In this document: one piece after another, positions 1 to 8,656 of the stretch | Position numbering within the stretch: position 1 is the first letter of the stretch | How the letters are laid out: each line of letters starts with the position of its first letter | From: Candidatus Limnocylindrales bacterium | GTDB lineage: Bacteria > Chloroflexota > Limnocylindria > Limnocylindrales > CSP1-4 | Direction of reading: 5' to 3' | DNA length: 64,000 nucleotides | NCBI GenBank assembly: GCA_050008515.1 | Contig: JBEKMM010000009.1 | Location: forward strand, 17,912 to 81,911 | Translations under genes and position numbers: made by a program | The notes under the pieces: model-generated | What the model saw: only the letters and a program-made list of their open reading frames with translations | The model's database searches: none | Told to the model about the DNA's origin: nothing

Positions 1-2172
1 CAGGCCCGCTTCGAGGCCCGCGAGCAGATCGCGTCGATGAACGCGGTCCGCGGCATGCTGGCCCCACGCTCCGTGGCGGTGATCGGCGCCGGCCGCAAGC
101 GCGGCTCGATCGGCGGCGAGGTCTTCCACAACCTGATGGACGGCGGGTTCAACGGCCCGGTCTACCCGGTCAACCCGGGCGCCGAGGTCGTGCAGTCGGT
201 CCGCGCCTACAAGTCGATCCTGGACATCCCGGGCCCCGTCGACCTGGCCGTGATCGTCGTCCCGGCGAAGCTGGTCATGGCCGCCGCGAAGGAATGCGCC
301 CAGAAGGGCGTCCACGGCATGGTCGTCATCACCGCCGGTTTCGCCGAGGCGGGCCCCGCCGGCCGCGAGATGCAGCGCGAGCTGATGGGCATCGCCCGTG
401 AGAACGGGATGCGCGTCATCGGCCCCAACTGCATGGGCGTCATCAACACCCACGACGACATCCGGATGAACGCCACGTTCTCGCCCAACGCGCCGATGCA
501 GGGGAACGTCGGCTTCCTGTCGCAGTCCGGCGCGCTCGGCCTGGCCGTGATCGAGTACGCCAACAGCCTCTCGCTCGGGCTCTCGACATTCATCTCGGTC
601 GGCAACAAGGCCGACCTCTCGGGCAACGACTTCATCCAGTACTGGGCCGACGATCCCGCGACCGACGTGATCGCGCTGTACCTGGAGTCGATCGGCAACC
701 CGCGCAAGTTCGCCCGCATCTCACGACGGGTCGGGCGCCAGAAGCCGATCCTCGTGGTCAAGAGCGGCCGCTCCTCGGCAGGCGCACGCGCCACCTCGTC
801 GCACACCGGCGCCCTCCTCGGCGCCTCGGACGTGACCGTCGACGCGCTGTTCAAGCAGGCCGGCGTGATCCGCACGGACACGCTGGGCGAGTTCTTCGAC
901 GTCGCCACGCTGCTGGCCAATCAGCCCCGGCCGAAGGGCAACCGCGTCGCCATCCTGACCAACGGCGGCGGCCCCGGCATCCTCTGCGCCGACGCCTGCG
1001 AGGCGGACGGCCTGGTCGTGCCGCAGGTCCCCGACGACATCAAGGCCAAGCTGGCGGGGTTCCTGCCGCCGGAGGCCGGCTACAACAACCCGGTCGACAT
1101 GATCGCGGCGGCCCCGCCGGAGTCCTTCCGCAAGGCCCTCAAGATCCTGGCCGAGTGGGACGGCATCGACGCCATCATCATCCTGTACGTCCCGGTCCTG
1201 GTGACGACACCCGAGGGCATCGCCGCGGGCATTCGCGAGGCCGCGCTCGAGCTGCCGCGCGAGATCCCGCTCCTTTCGGTCTTCCTCTCGAGCAAGGGCA
1301 CGCCGAACTCGCTCAAGACCGACGGCCTCTCGCTGCCGTCCTATCCGTTCCCCGAGGACGCCGCTCGCGCTCTCGCCCACGCCGTTCGCTACGGCATCTG
1401 GGCCGAGACACCGGAGGGCGTCGTACCGCGCTATCCCGACATCCGCGAGTCCGAGGGCAAGGCCCTGATCGCCGACGTCCTGGCGTCCCTGCAGAAGGCC
1501 GACGACGAGAAGTCGCGCTGGCTGCTGCCTGACGAGGTTGCGAAGCTGCTCGGCTGCTACGGCGTCCCAATGGCAGCGTGGCGTCTCGCGGCCACTCCGG
1601 AAGAGGCCGGCGCCGCGGCGGCGGAGATCGGCGGCAAGGTGGCGCTCAAGGGCGTCGCCCCCAAGCTGATTCACAAGACCGAGGCCAAGGCCGTCGTTCT
1701 CAACCTCGAGGGCGCGCCCGAGGTGAAGCAGCAGGCCGTCGAGATGGCCGCTCGCATCGCCGCCCAAGGCACGAAGGTCGAGAAGTTCTTCGTCCAGAAG
1801 ATGGTCCCGTCCGGCGGCGTCGAGATGCTCGTCGGCGTGGTCCACGACGCGCTGTTCGGCCCGGTCGTGGCCTGCGGCGCGGGCGGCGTCGCGGTCGAGG
1901 TCCTCAAGGACGTCAAGGTCCGGATCACGCCGCTGACCGACCGCGACGCCCACGAGATGGTCACCTCGCTACGCACCTTCCCGCTCCTCGACGGCTTCCG
2001 CGGCGCGCCCAAGTGCGACGTGGCCGGCCTGGAGGAACTGCTCCTGCGCGTCGCCGCGATGGTCGAGCACCACCCGGAGATCGCGGAGATGGACTGCAAC
2101 CCGGTCATCGTTCGACCCGAGGGCGCGGTCATCGTCGACGCGCGCATCCGCATCGAGTCCAGCCAGGATTAG
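1..2172 (+). CDS. Acyl-CoA synthetase (NDP-forming)-type protein with CoA-binding, ligase and ATP-grasp domains; 5'-truncated, probably a GNAT-fused Pat-type protein
   Basis: Motifs SVAVIGA, YPVNP, RVIGPNCMG, SQSGA, SHTGAL, NPVDM and DCNPV...DARI. The frame is open from base 1 (QARFEAREQIAS), so the gene starts upstream of the window. Confidence 0.88.
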   Translation, partial: QARFEAREQIASMNAVRGMLAPRSVAVIGAGRKRGSIGGEVFHNLMDGGFNGPVYPVNPGAEVVQSVRAYKSILDIPGPVDLAVIVVPAKLVMAAAKECAQKGVHGMVVITAGFAEAGPAGREMQRELMGIARENGMRVIGPNCMGVINTHDDIRMNATFSPNAPMQGNVGFLSQSGALGLAVIEYANSLSLGLSTFISVGNKADLSGNDFIQYWADDPATDVIALYLESIGNPRKFARISRRVGRQKPILVVKSGRSSAGARATSSHTGALLGASDVTVDALFKQAGVIRTDTLGEFFDVATLLANQPRPKGNRVAILTNGGGPGILCADACEADGLVVPQVPDDIKAKLAGFLPPEAGYNNPVDMIAAAPPESFRKALKILAEWDGIDAIIILYVPVLVTTPEGIAAGIREAALELPREIPLLSVFLSSKGTPNSLKTDGLSLPSYPFPEDAARALAHAVRYGIWAETPEGVVPRYPDIRESEGKALIADVLASLQKADDEKSRWLLPDEVAKLLGCYGVPMAAWRLAATPEEAGAAAAEIGGKVALKGVAPKLIHKTEAKAVVLNLEGAPEVKQQAVEMAARIAAQGTKVEKFFVQKMVPSGGVEMLVGVVHDALFGPVVACGAGGVAVEVLKDVKVRITPLTDRDAHEMVTSLRTFPLLDGFRGAPKCDVAGLEELLLRVAAMVEHHPEIAEMDCNPVIVRPEGAVIVDARIRIESSQD

Positions 2173-2174
2173 CC

Positions 2175-2202
2175 CAGGCCTCCGCCGCACGGCGGAGGCC
2201 TG
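2175..2202. terminator. Perfect 12-bp hairpin between convergent genes
   Basis: CAGGCCTCCGCC-GCAC-GGCGGAGGCCTG, 2 nt after the stop codon; no U tract. Confidence 0.65.
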
Positions 2203-2238
2203 ACCTTCGCGCCGAACGCCGCCTTTGAGCGGCGACTG

Positions 2239-3972
2239 TCAGCCTCGATCGACCAGCCTGCGACCGTCGACCCAGCCGCGCCAACCGTTGACGGCGCGCA
2301 CGTGCGCCCATGCCCCGGCGCGCGACTCCACCACCAGCTCGAGCCGTTCGGGCAGGTTGAGCATGGCCGGACGCGAGGGGTCCGGCGCGTCCCACGCGGC
2401 CATGCCGCCTGGGGGCACGAGGTGGGTCGGGGCCCAGGCCGGAGGCGCAGGCGGCGGCGCGGGGGTCGCAGCCGCCGCGCGTTCGGGCTGCGGATGCGGC
2501 TTCTCCGCTGCCTCGGACGCGGCCTTTGCGCCCGGTTCGGGCTTGGGCTCCGTCTTGGGCGCGGGTTCCGCCGCGACGGCCTTGGCCGCCTTCGCCGCGG
2601 CCTTCGACCCCACGGCCGGAGCGGCGGCTGTAGCCGCGGATGCGGCCACGGGTGCCACGGCGGAGGCCGCCGGAGTGACGACGGGGGCCGCCGGAGCGGC
2701 CACGGGGGCGGCCACCGGAGCCGGCCCGACCGGCACCGCGGGCCCGGCAGGAACGGGCACGAATTGGACGGCCGCGAGCTGCGCCCGGATTCCGCGGATC
2801 TTCAGGCGCTGCGCCTCGAGCGCGGGATCGGTCAGCGAGTCGGTTCGGCTGAGGATCATCGCGTAGTCGATCTGGGCCGCCTGCAGCTGCCCGGTGAGCC
2901 GCGATCCCTGCGGTCCTCGAAGACGTCCGGCCGCCGATCGGGCCGCCCGCCTTGACCACAGGCTGCCAAGTGACTTCGTCTCCGCCTCGGTGATCACCTC
3001 CGGGTCGGGCTCCGGTGCGACGATCGCGCGGAAGTTCTTCTCTTCGCTCCTGGTCGCGAACAGGACCATCAGAACCAGCAGCATGAAGAACGGCAGGCCC
3101 TTGAGCGCACCGTATTGGACCCATTGCACGGTGCTCGGCTCGGTCGCCCCGGGGGCGACGTCCAGGACGGACGCCATCCAGGGCGAATCCCAGACGAAGT
3201 GCGCGCCGGCGCCCGCTGCGACGAGCGCCACGAAGACAAACAGGCGCTTGGCGAACGCGTCCTGCCGGCGCGTCACGAAGTACGCAAAGCCCATGCCGGT
3301 CAGGCCGGCGAAGAGGACGTGGCCGTAGAGCCCGCCACCGACGACGCGAATCAGGAAAGTGTCGAAGACGGGTCCCGTCTGATCCGCACCCCCGAACGCC
3401 ACCGCGGCTTGGATGAAGTAGGAGACGTCCTCGACCACCGTGAAGCCAAGGCCGACCATGGCGCCGTAGACGAAGCCGTCCATGACCCCGTCGAACTCGG
3501 ACGAGGCGATCAGGTAGAGGACGACGACGCCCGTCAGCTTGAGTATCTCTTCGGTGACGGGCGCGACGACCGCCGCACCCCAATCGGCCGTGAAGTCGGC
3601 CGGCGCGACCTTGCCCAGGACCGAGAGCCAGGCATCGTTGGCGTACCCGGCAAGGCTGACGGCGATGACGCCGCCCCATATGACCGCCGCCGCGATCATC
3701 AGCTTGGGCTCGCGCTCGAAGAGGTCGAGCCGGTACACGATCACGAAGACGGGGACCGCGTACAGCAGGACCAGCCCCCAGGAAAGGGTCAGCGCGGTGG
3801 GCAGCTGGCTGAACAGCGACTGCTCGTCTACGAAGAGGTAGCCGCCGATGCCCAGCAGTGCCAGGAACAGCCAGAACGCCGGCTGGCGCGGCTGGATCAG
3901 CGAGGCCTGGATGCCCCAGCGCGGGGCGGGCGCGGCCTGGCCGGGAGAGGTCGGGGCGACGGAGGCGCTCAT
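2239..3972 (-). CDS. PrsW-family intramembrane protease with an Ala/Pro-rich linker and a C-terminal SH3b-like domain
   Basis: Multiple TM helices, DLFEREP, EEILK (EExxK), GLGFTVVED and GHVLF. The C-terminus LELVVESRAGAWAHVRAVNGWRGWVD is SH3b-like. Confidence 0.85.
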   Translation of the reverse strand: MSASVAPTSPGQAAPAPRWGIQASLIQPRQPAFWLFLALLGIGGYLFVDEQSLFSQLPTALTLSWGLVLLYAVPVFVIVYRLDLFEREPKLMIAAAVIWGGVIAVSLAGYANDAWLSVLGKVAPADFTADWGAAVVAPVTEEILKLTGVVVLYLIASSEFDGVMDGFVYGAMVGLGFTVVEDVSYFIQAAVAFGGADQTGPVFDTFLIRVVGGGLYGHVLFAGLTGMGFAYFVTRRQDAFAKRLFVFVALVAAGAGAHFVWDSPWMASVLDVAPGATEPSTVQWVQYGALKGLPFFMLLVLMVLFATRSEEKNFRAIVAPEPDPEVITEAETKSLGSLWSRRAARSAAGRLRGPQGSRLTGQLQAAQIDYAMILSRTDSLTDPALEAQRLKIRGIRAQLAAVQFVPVPAGPAVPVGPAPVAAPVAAPAAPVVTPAASAVAPVAASAATAAAPAVGSKAAAKAAKAVAAEPAPKTEPKPEPGAKAASEAAEKPHPQPERAAAATPAPPPAPPAWAPTHLVPPGGMAAWDAPDPSRPAMLNLPERLELVVESRAGAWAHVRAVNGWRGWVDGRRLVDRG

Positions 3973-4817
3973 TTACCCACCTCAACGCTGGAAACCATGG
4001 CCTTGATGTCATCCACGGCCTGGCCCAGGTCACCCTGAGCCGCGACCACGACGAACATGACCCCATTGCCGCTGGCTATGAGGCAGATCACCTCGCCGTC
4101 GAGCGTCCCTCCCGACGAGCCCGAGTCGATCGCCTCGAAGCCCGCCATCGCCACCTGGTGCCCGGACAGCTGGCCGTCCTGCTCGTCGCTGAAGGCGATC
4201 TGCGCCGTCTCAGAGGAGAGTGACTCCTCCGTCGCGGCGAGCAGGGAGTGGGCCGAGCCGTCGAAGGTCTGGGCAACCACGACCATGCGGACGTTCGCCT
4301 TCTGGAGCACGACCCCGCTCGAGCTGTCGCCGCCGTTGTCGACGAGAACCCAGCCGGGCGCGGCGGTGATCGTGACGGAGCCGCCGACGTTGACGGTGCC
4401 GGCGCTCGGAGCGGCGATGACCTTGTCCAGGCCTATGCCGCCCAGCACCACGCCCGCGATGAGGCCCGCGACGACGACCGTGGGCAGCCACTTCTGGCGG
4501 TCGAACAGCGGCTTGCGAGCGACTGCGGGTGCGACGGGCGCCTGAGACCAGGCGGCCTGGCCGTACTGCTGCGGGGCTGCCGCGGGTTGAGCCCACGCCG
4601 GCGGACCGGCGGGCGGGGGAGCCTGAGCCGGCTCGACGGGGGCCGCCGCGATGGGCGGCTGGGCTGCGGGCGACTGGGCGCCGGGCGCGGCCTGGCCCGT
4701 ACCGGCCCACGGGGGCGGCACGGCCGGCACGGCCCAGCGCGGCACAGTTGCAGAATCGTCGGGCTCGTTGTCCGCTGGTTGAGGCGCGTTGGACGCGTCG
4801 GGAGGGAGAGCGCTCAT
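3969..4817 (-). CDS. Single-pass membrane protein with a Pro/Ala/Gln-rich N-terminus and a globular extracytoplasmic domain
   Basis: One TM segment (WLPTVVVAGLIAGVVLGGIGL). The stop overlaps the prsW start by 4 bp. Alternative start at 4865. Confidence 0.7.
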   Translation of the reverse strand: MSALPPDASNAPQPADNEPDDSATVPRWAVPAVPPPWAGTGQAAPGAQSPAAQPPIAAAPVEPAQAPPPAGPPAWAQPAAAPQQYGQAAWSQAPVAPAVARKPLFDRQKWLPTVVVAGLIAGVVLGGIGLDKVIAAPSAGTVNVGGSVTITAAPGWVLVDNGGDSSSGVVLQKANVRMVVVAQTFDGSAHSLLAATEESLSSETAQIAFSDEQDGQLSGHQVAMAGFEAIDSGSSGGTLDGEVICLIASGNGVMFVVVAAQGDLGQAVDDIKAMVSSVEVGK

Positions 4818-4955
4818 CGCGGGACGGTCCTCTTCCTTCTCGCCGGGATGGCGAACCTCCGGCATTCGACGGCCCCGGCGCCGTCGGGCACATCGTACGG
4901 GCGCGGGCCGTGCTTGGGGAGCCCCAAATCGACGGTCGAAACGGCGGTCCGGGAC

Positions 4956-5753
4956 TCAGGGGGCCGGCCGCGGCTCCTGGTCATCGCCATCGAGCCATGC
5001 CGGGCCCGGCTCGTCCTCGACCTGGCGCCACCACGAGCGCTGCCGGTTCAGCTCCACATCGCGCCGCCTGCGTCGTTCAGCCAATCCGGGGAAGAGCCCT
5101 TCGAACAGCGCTCGATACTGGTACGGGTCGGCCAGTCCGAACAGGATCGCGACCAGGGCGACGAAGACGAACTGATTCGCGAACGCCAGGACGGCCACGA
5201 ACGCGCTGAACGCGATGCTGGCCGCGAGGGCGAGGAGCTCACCGCGTTGGCCGAAGGCGAGCCGCAGGAGATGCATGACGGCGCTGCCGCCGTCGAGCCG
5301 GGTGATCGGCAGCAGGTTGAAGATCCCCCAGCCCAGGTTGACGAAAGTCCAGGTACCGAGGGCGGAACGCACATCCGCAGCCTGGCCGGCAACCGCCCCC
5401 TCGAGCGCCAGGCCGATGGCGCCGAGAACCAGCCCCACGCCCGGTCCCGCGAGCGAGACGACCAGCCACCGTCGATCGGGAAGCCTGACCGCGGCCTCCT
5501 GGTCGTTGGGGATGGTGACCCCGCCGAGACCCCAGAACGCGATCGTCGATTCGAGGCCGTAGCGTCTGAACGCCACGGCATGGCCCAGCTCGTGGACCAG
5601 GATGGCGAACGTGCCGAAGACCACCCAGACGACCAGCTCGATGCTGGACAGGTCGGAGATGTATCCGAGGAGCAGCAGGAAGATAGGGAAGGCGACGCCC
5701 ATCGATATCGGGAACCCGAGAACCCGCACGGTGATCGCCATCGACTTGCCCAT
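4956..5753 (-). CDS. Site-2 protease (peptidase M50)
   Basis: HELGH, VSLAGP and FNLLPITRLDGG motifs; AGGAG RBS. Confidence 0.9.
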   Translation of the reverse strand: MGKSMAITVRVLGFPISMGVAFPIFLLLLGYISDLSSIELVVWVVFGTFAILVHELGHAVAFRRYGLESTIAFWGLGGVTIPNDQEAAVRLPDRRWLVVSLAGPGVGLVLGAIGLALEGAVAGQAADVRSALGTWTFVNLGWGIFNLLPITRLDGGSAVMHLLRLAFGQRGELLALAASIAFSAFVAVLAFANQFVFVALVAILFGLADPYQYRALFEGLFPGLAERRRRRDVELNRQRSWWRQVEDEPGPAWLDGDDQEPRPAP

Positions 5754-5955
5754 TGCGCTCCTCTAGTGCGCCGCCTGATCGAGCCTCGATGTCAGCCGGC
5801 GGTCGAACGAGGGTAACCCGCAATTCGAAAGAGTGGCGGGCGATGCCACTGAGTTGCCGGCAGCGAGCCGTTCCCGCGGCCTCGCCCCTCGGGGCTGCTT
5901 GACCCGTGCGCGACCCTGCCGCCGCCGCGACGTCAGCATGGGCGCGCGGCATTCC

Positions 5956-6144
5956 GGTCAGATTCAAACCCCGGTAGCACGAGTCCGAGACGACAAGCCT
6001 TCTTGACCGGCCTGGCGCGTCCCGGTGTGCTCGGAGAGCGGCTACCCACGCTCAGACACGCCGCAGATTCGGCGGCCACGTCCAATCCGGGCCGCCTCCG
6101 CCGCCAATCGTTTGGTCGCGTGCTACCCCGGTTTGCAGATGACC
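5956..6144. repeat. Imperfect 26-bp inverted repeat enclosing 189 bp, just 3' of the tRNA
   Basis: GGTCAGATTCAAACCCCGGTAGCACG (5956-5981) versus CGTGCTACCCCGGTTTGCAGATGACC (6119-6144); 21 of 26 positions complementary. Confidence 0.55.
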
Positions 6145-6166
6145 AGACTGCGCCGTCGGGAGGGGC

Positions 6167-6243
6167 TGGTAGGGGAGGGAGGACTCGAACCTCCAACCGA
6201 GGCTGTATAAGAGCCGTGCTCTGACCAATTGAGCTACTCCCCC
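6167..6243 (-). tRNA. tRNA-Ile, anticodon UAU
   Basis: Minus strand reads GGGGGAG TA GCTC AATTGGTCA GAGC A CGGCT CT-TAT-AC AGCCT CGGTT GGAGG TTCGAGT CCTCC CTCCCCT A CCA. This is a 77-nt cloverleaf with encoded CCA and A73. A TACGAT -10-like hexamer lies 10 nt upstream. Confidence 0.92.
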
Positions 6244-6464
6244 GCCGGCCGCGATCGTACACCCCTCGGGGCGACGATGGCCGCCCGTAGCCCGGATCCA
6301 CCGGTCACGCGCAGCAGATCGCCGGGCCGACGAGCGCAGGCCAAGGCGGCGACGAGCATCGGAGCGAGCGGACCTGGAGGTGCGTGAGCGAGAAGCGCAG
6401 GAGCCAACGCCGGAATGCGCCGGCTGACCGGATGAGATGCAAGCGGCGATCGGCGGATACGGGC

Positions 6465-7709
6465 TCAGTCCACGCCGCCGCGGAGGACCTGGATCGCGGG
6501 CCGGTGCGGGATCGTCTCCGGAGTGTGGTCCGCGACCAGCGCCACACCGTCGCGGAAGCGGCGCAGCTCGTGGTCCGTGTTGAAGAAGCCGACGCTGATG
6601 CGGATGGCGTCGAGCGGCGGGATCGTGCGGGCGATGGCCAGCGTCCGCTTCGACAGCTCGCCGAGCGCGGGGCCGGGCTTCCAGCCGGCGATGCGGAAGG
6701 TCACGAGCCCGGCCATGTGATCGCGTGGGGTTATGACCTCCACGCCGGGGACCTCCGCCAGCATCGCGGCCGCCTCGCCGGCCAGGCGAGCGACGCGCTC
6801 GTGGATCCACGCCAAGCCGACGAACATCGAAAGCCAGGCGGCGCTTCGGGCCAGGCCCAGAACGGACGGCTGGTGGTAGCCGGCGATCTCGAAGCGTCGG
6901 GCGTCCGGCCAGAGCTTGCCCTCGACGGCCAGGTCGATCGATTCGAAGCTGCCGTACCCGGCGAAGGTGAGGCGCGGCCGATCCAGGACCGAGGGAGCGC
7001 AGTAGAGCGCGCCGACCCCCTCGGGGCCGAGCAGCCACTTCTGGCCCGGCACGGCGTAGAAGTCCGCGCCCACCTCCTCGACCGAGACCGGGATCGCGCC
7101 GACCGCCTGCGCGCCGTCCACGGCGACGAGCGCACCGCGCGAGTGGGCCAGCTCGACGATCTCGCGGATCGGGAGGCGGGCGCCGGTGGCCCAGGAGACG
7201 TGCGAGATGGAGACGAGCCGGGTCTCCGGCGTGATCGCCCGATCCAGGGCCGCGAGCACTTCGGCCGGATCGCCGCCGGTGCCGATATCGGCGATCGCCA
7301 GATCCACGCCCTGGCGGTCGCGCAGCGCCCACAGCGGCCCCAGCGCGCCGGCGTGCTCGAGCGAGGTCGTGACCACCCTGTCGCCCGCCTGCCAGTCGAT
7401 GGCCCACGTCGCGACGTTCATGCCCTCGGTCGTGGCATGGGTCAACGCCATCCGGCGCGGCTCGGTCGCGAGCACCGCCGCCACGGCCGCGCGGGCCTCG
7501 TTCATGCGCTCGGCCGAGTCCTTCCAGTAGTCCATGTCGGCCCGGCCGGTGCGCAGCTCGATCCCCTCCAGCTCGGCCATCGCCCGGACCGTCTCGCGCG
7601 GCAGCGGCCCGCACGAGCCCGTGTTCAGGTAGATGCCCGCGGCCGTCGCCGGCAGAGCCTCGCGGATCGCCGGCAGCTTGTCGTCGTCGGGGAGGAATGG
7701 GCCCACCAT
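6465..7709 (-). CDS. Aminotransferase class V PLP enzyme (C-S lyase-like: CefD/EgtE/C-DES group)
   Basis: IYLNTGSCGP, VDGAQAVG, PGQKWLLGPEG (PLP lysine) and IRISVGFFN. It lacks the SufS/IscS persulfide Cys loop. Confidence 0.85.
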   Translation of the reverse strand: MVGPFLPDDDKLPAIREALPATAAGIYLNTGSCGPLPRETVRAMAELEGIELRTGRADMDYWKDSAERMNEARAAVAAVLATEPRRMALTHATTEGMNVATWAIDWQAGDRVVTTSLEHAGALGPLWALRDRQGVDLAIADIGTGGDPAEVLAALDRAITPETRLVSISHVSWATGARLPIREIVELAHSRGALVAVDGAQAVGAIPVSVEEVGADFYAVPGQKWLLGPEGVGALYCAPSVLDRPRLTFAGYGSFESIDLAVEGKLWPDARRFEIAGYHQPSVLGLARSAAWLSMFVGLAWIHERVARLAGEAAAMLAEVPGVEVITPRDHMAGLVTFRIAGWKPGPALGELSKRTLAIARTIPPLDAIRISVGFFNTDHELRRFRDGVALVADHTPETIPHRPAIQVLRGGVD

Positions 7710-7764
7710 GGCTCCGTATGATAGAGGCCGCTACGCGGAGTCCCATCTCGCGGGAGGGTCGACG

Positions 7765-8613
7765 TTGGGGATCATCGGATACCGGCGGCCGGAGCTGCTG
7801 GCGACGCCCGAATGGCTGGCCGAGAACATCGCCCGGCCGGGCTTCCAGGTGCTCGACGCTCGCTGGCGGCCGGACGGGTCCGGGCGGCGCCTGTATGCCG
7901 CCGGCCACATCCCCGGCGCCACGTATCTCGACTGGCGCGCCGACCTGGTGGAGCCCGACGAGAACAGCGACCTCCTGCTGCTCGCCGGCCCGCGGCGGGT
8001 GACGGAGGCGATGAGCCGGATCGGGCTGGGCAACGGCATGATCGGCGTCCTCTACGACGACACCGGCAATTCCTACGCGGCCCGGGCATGGTGGAGCCTG
8101 AGGGTCTACGGCTTCGACTCGGCGCGCATCTTGATGGGCGGGCTGGAGGCCTGGCGCGCCTCGGCACAGCCGGTCTCCGCGGCGCTGGAGCTGCGACCGC
8201 CGACGACCTTCACGCCACGGATGGAATCCCGCCAGCGCCTCAGCGCGGCCGAGGTGCGCGACCTGCTCGGGTCGGAGGACGTGCAGCTGCTCGACGCGCG
8301 AGCGCCGTCGGAGTACGCCGGCCACGCCGGAACGACGCGTCGGCTGGGCCACATCCCCGGCGCTTTCAATGTCCCCGCGGCAGCCACGACCGAACCTCGA
8401 ACGGGGCGCTTCCGGCCGGCGGAGGACCTCTGGGCGCTCCTGCGTCGGGCCGGCGTCAACGCCCGGCGGCGGTTGATCTGCTACGACGCGACCGGCCTCG
8501 GGGCGTGCAAGCTGGCCTTCGCCCTGGCCCTGATCGGCCACCAGGACTTCGCCGTGTACGACGGCGGCTGGGCCGAATGGGGCGACCGGCTGGACCTGCC
8601 GCTGGCTCGCTAG
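7765..8613 (+). CDS. Tandem-domain rhodanese/sulfurtransferase (SseA-like) with an atypical active site
   Basis: GHIPGA twice, AARAWW, LLDARAPSEY and YDGGWAEW. TTG start follows a GGAGG RBS. Confidence 0.85.
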   Translation: MGIIGYRRPELLATPEWLAENIARPGFQVLDARWRPDGSGRRLYAAGHIPGATYLDWRADLVEPDENSDLLLLAGPRRVTEAMSRIGLGNGMIGVLYDDTGNSYAARAWWSLRVYGFDSARILMGGLEAWRASAQPVSAALELRPPTTFTPRMESRQRLSAAEVRDLLGSEDVQLLDARAPSEYAGHAGTTRRLGHIPGAFNVPAAATTEPRTGRFRPAEDLWALLRRAGVNARRRLICYDATGLGACKLAFALALIGHQDFAVYDGGWAEWGDRLDLPLAR

Positions 8614-8656
8614 CCGCGAACGCGCGCCCCGCGGGCGCCCGCCTCGCGTACGGCGC

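Noticed and set aside
5811-5850. ATTCGAAAGAGTGG hairpin resembling P2 of a c-di-GMP-I riboswitch
   Set aside because: The GGCAAAC and GCAAAGC flanks are absent, and no downstream gene lies on that strand.
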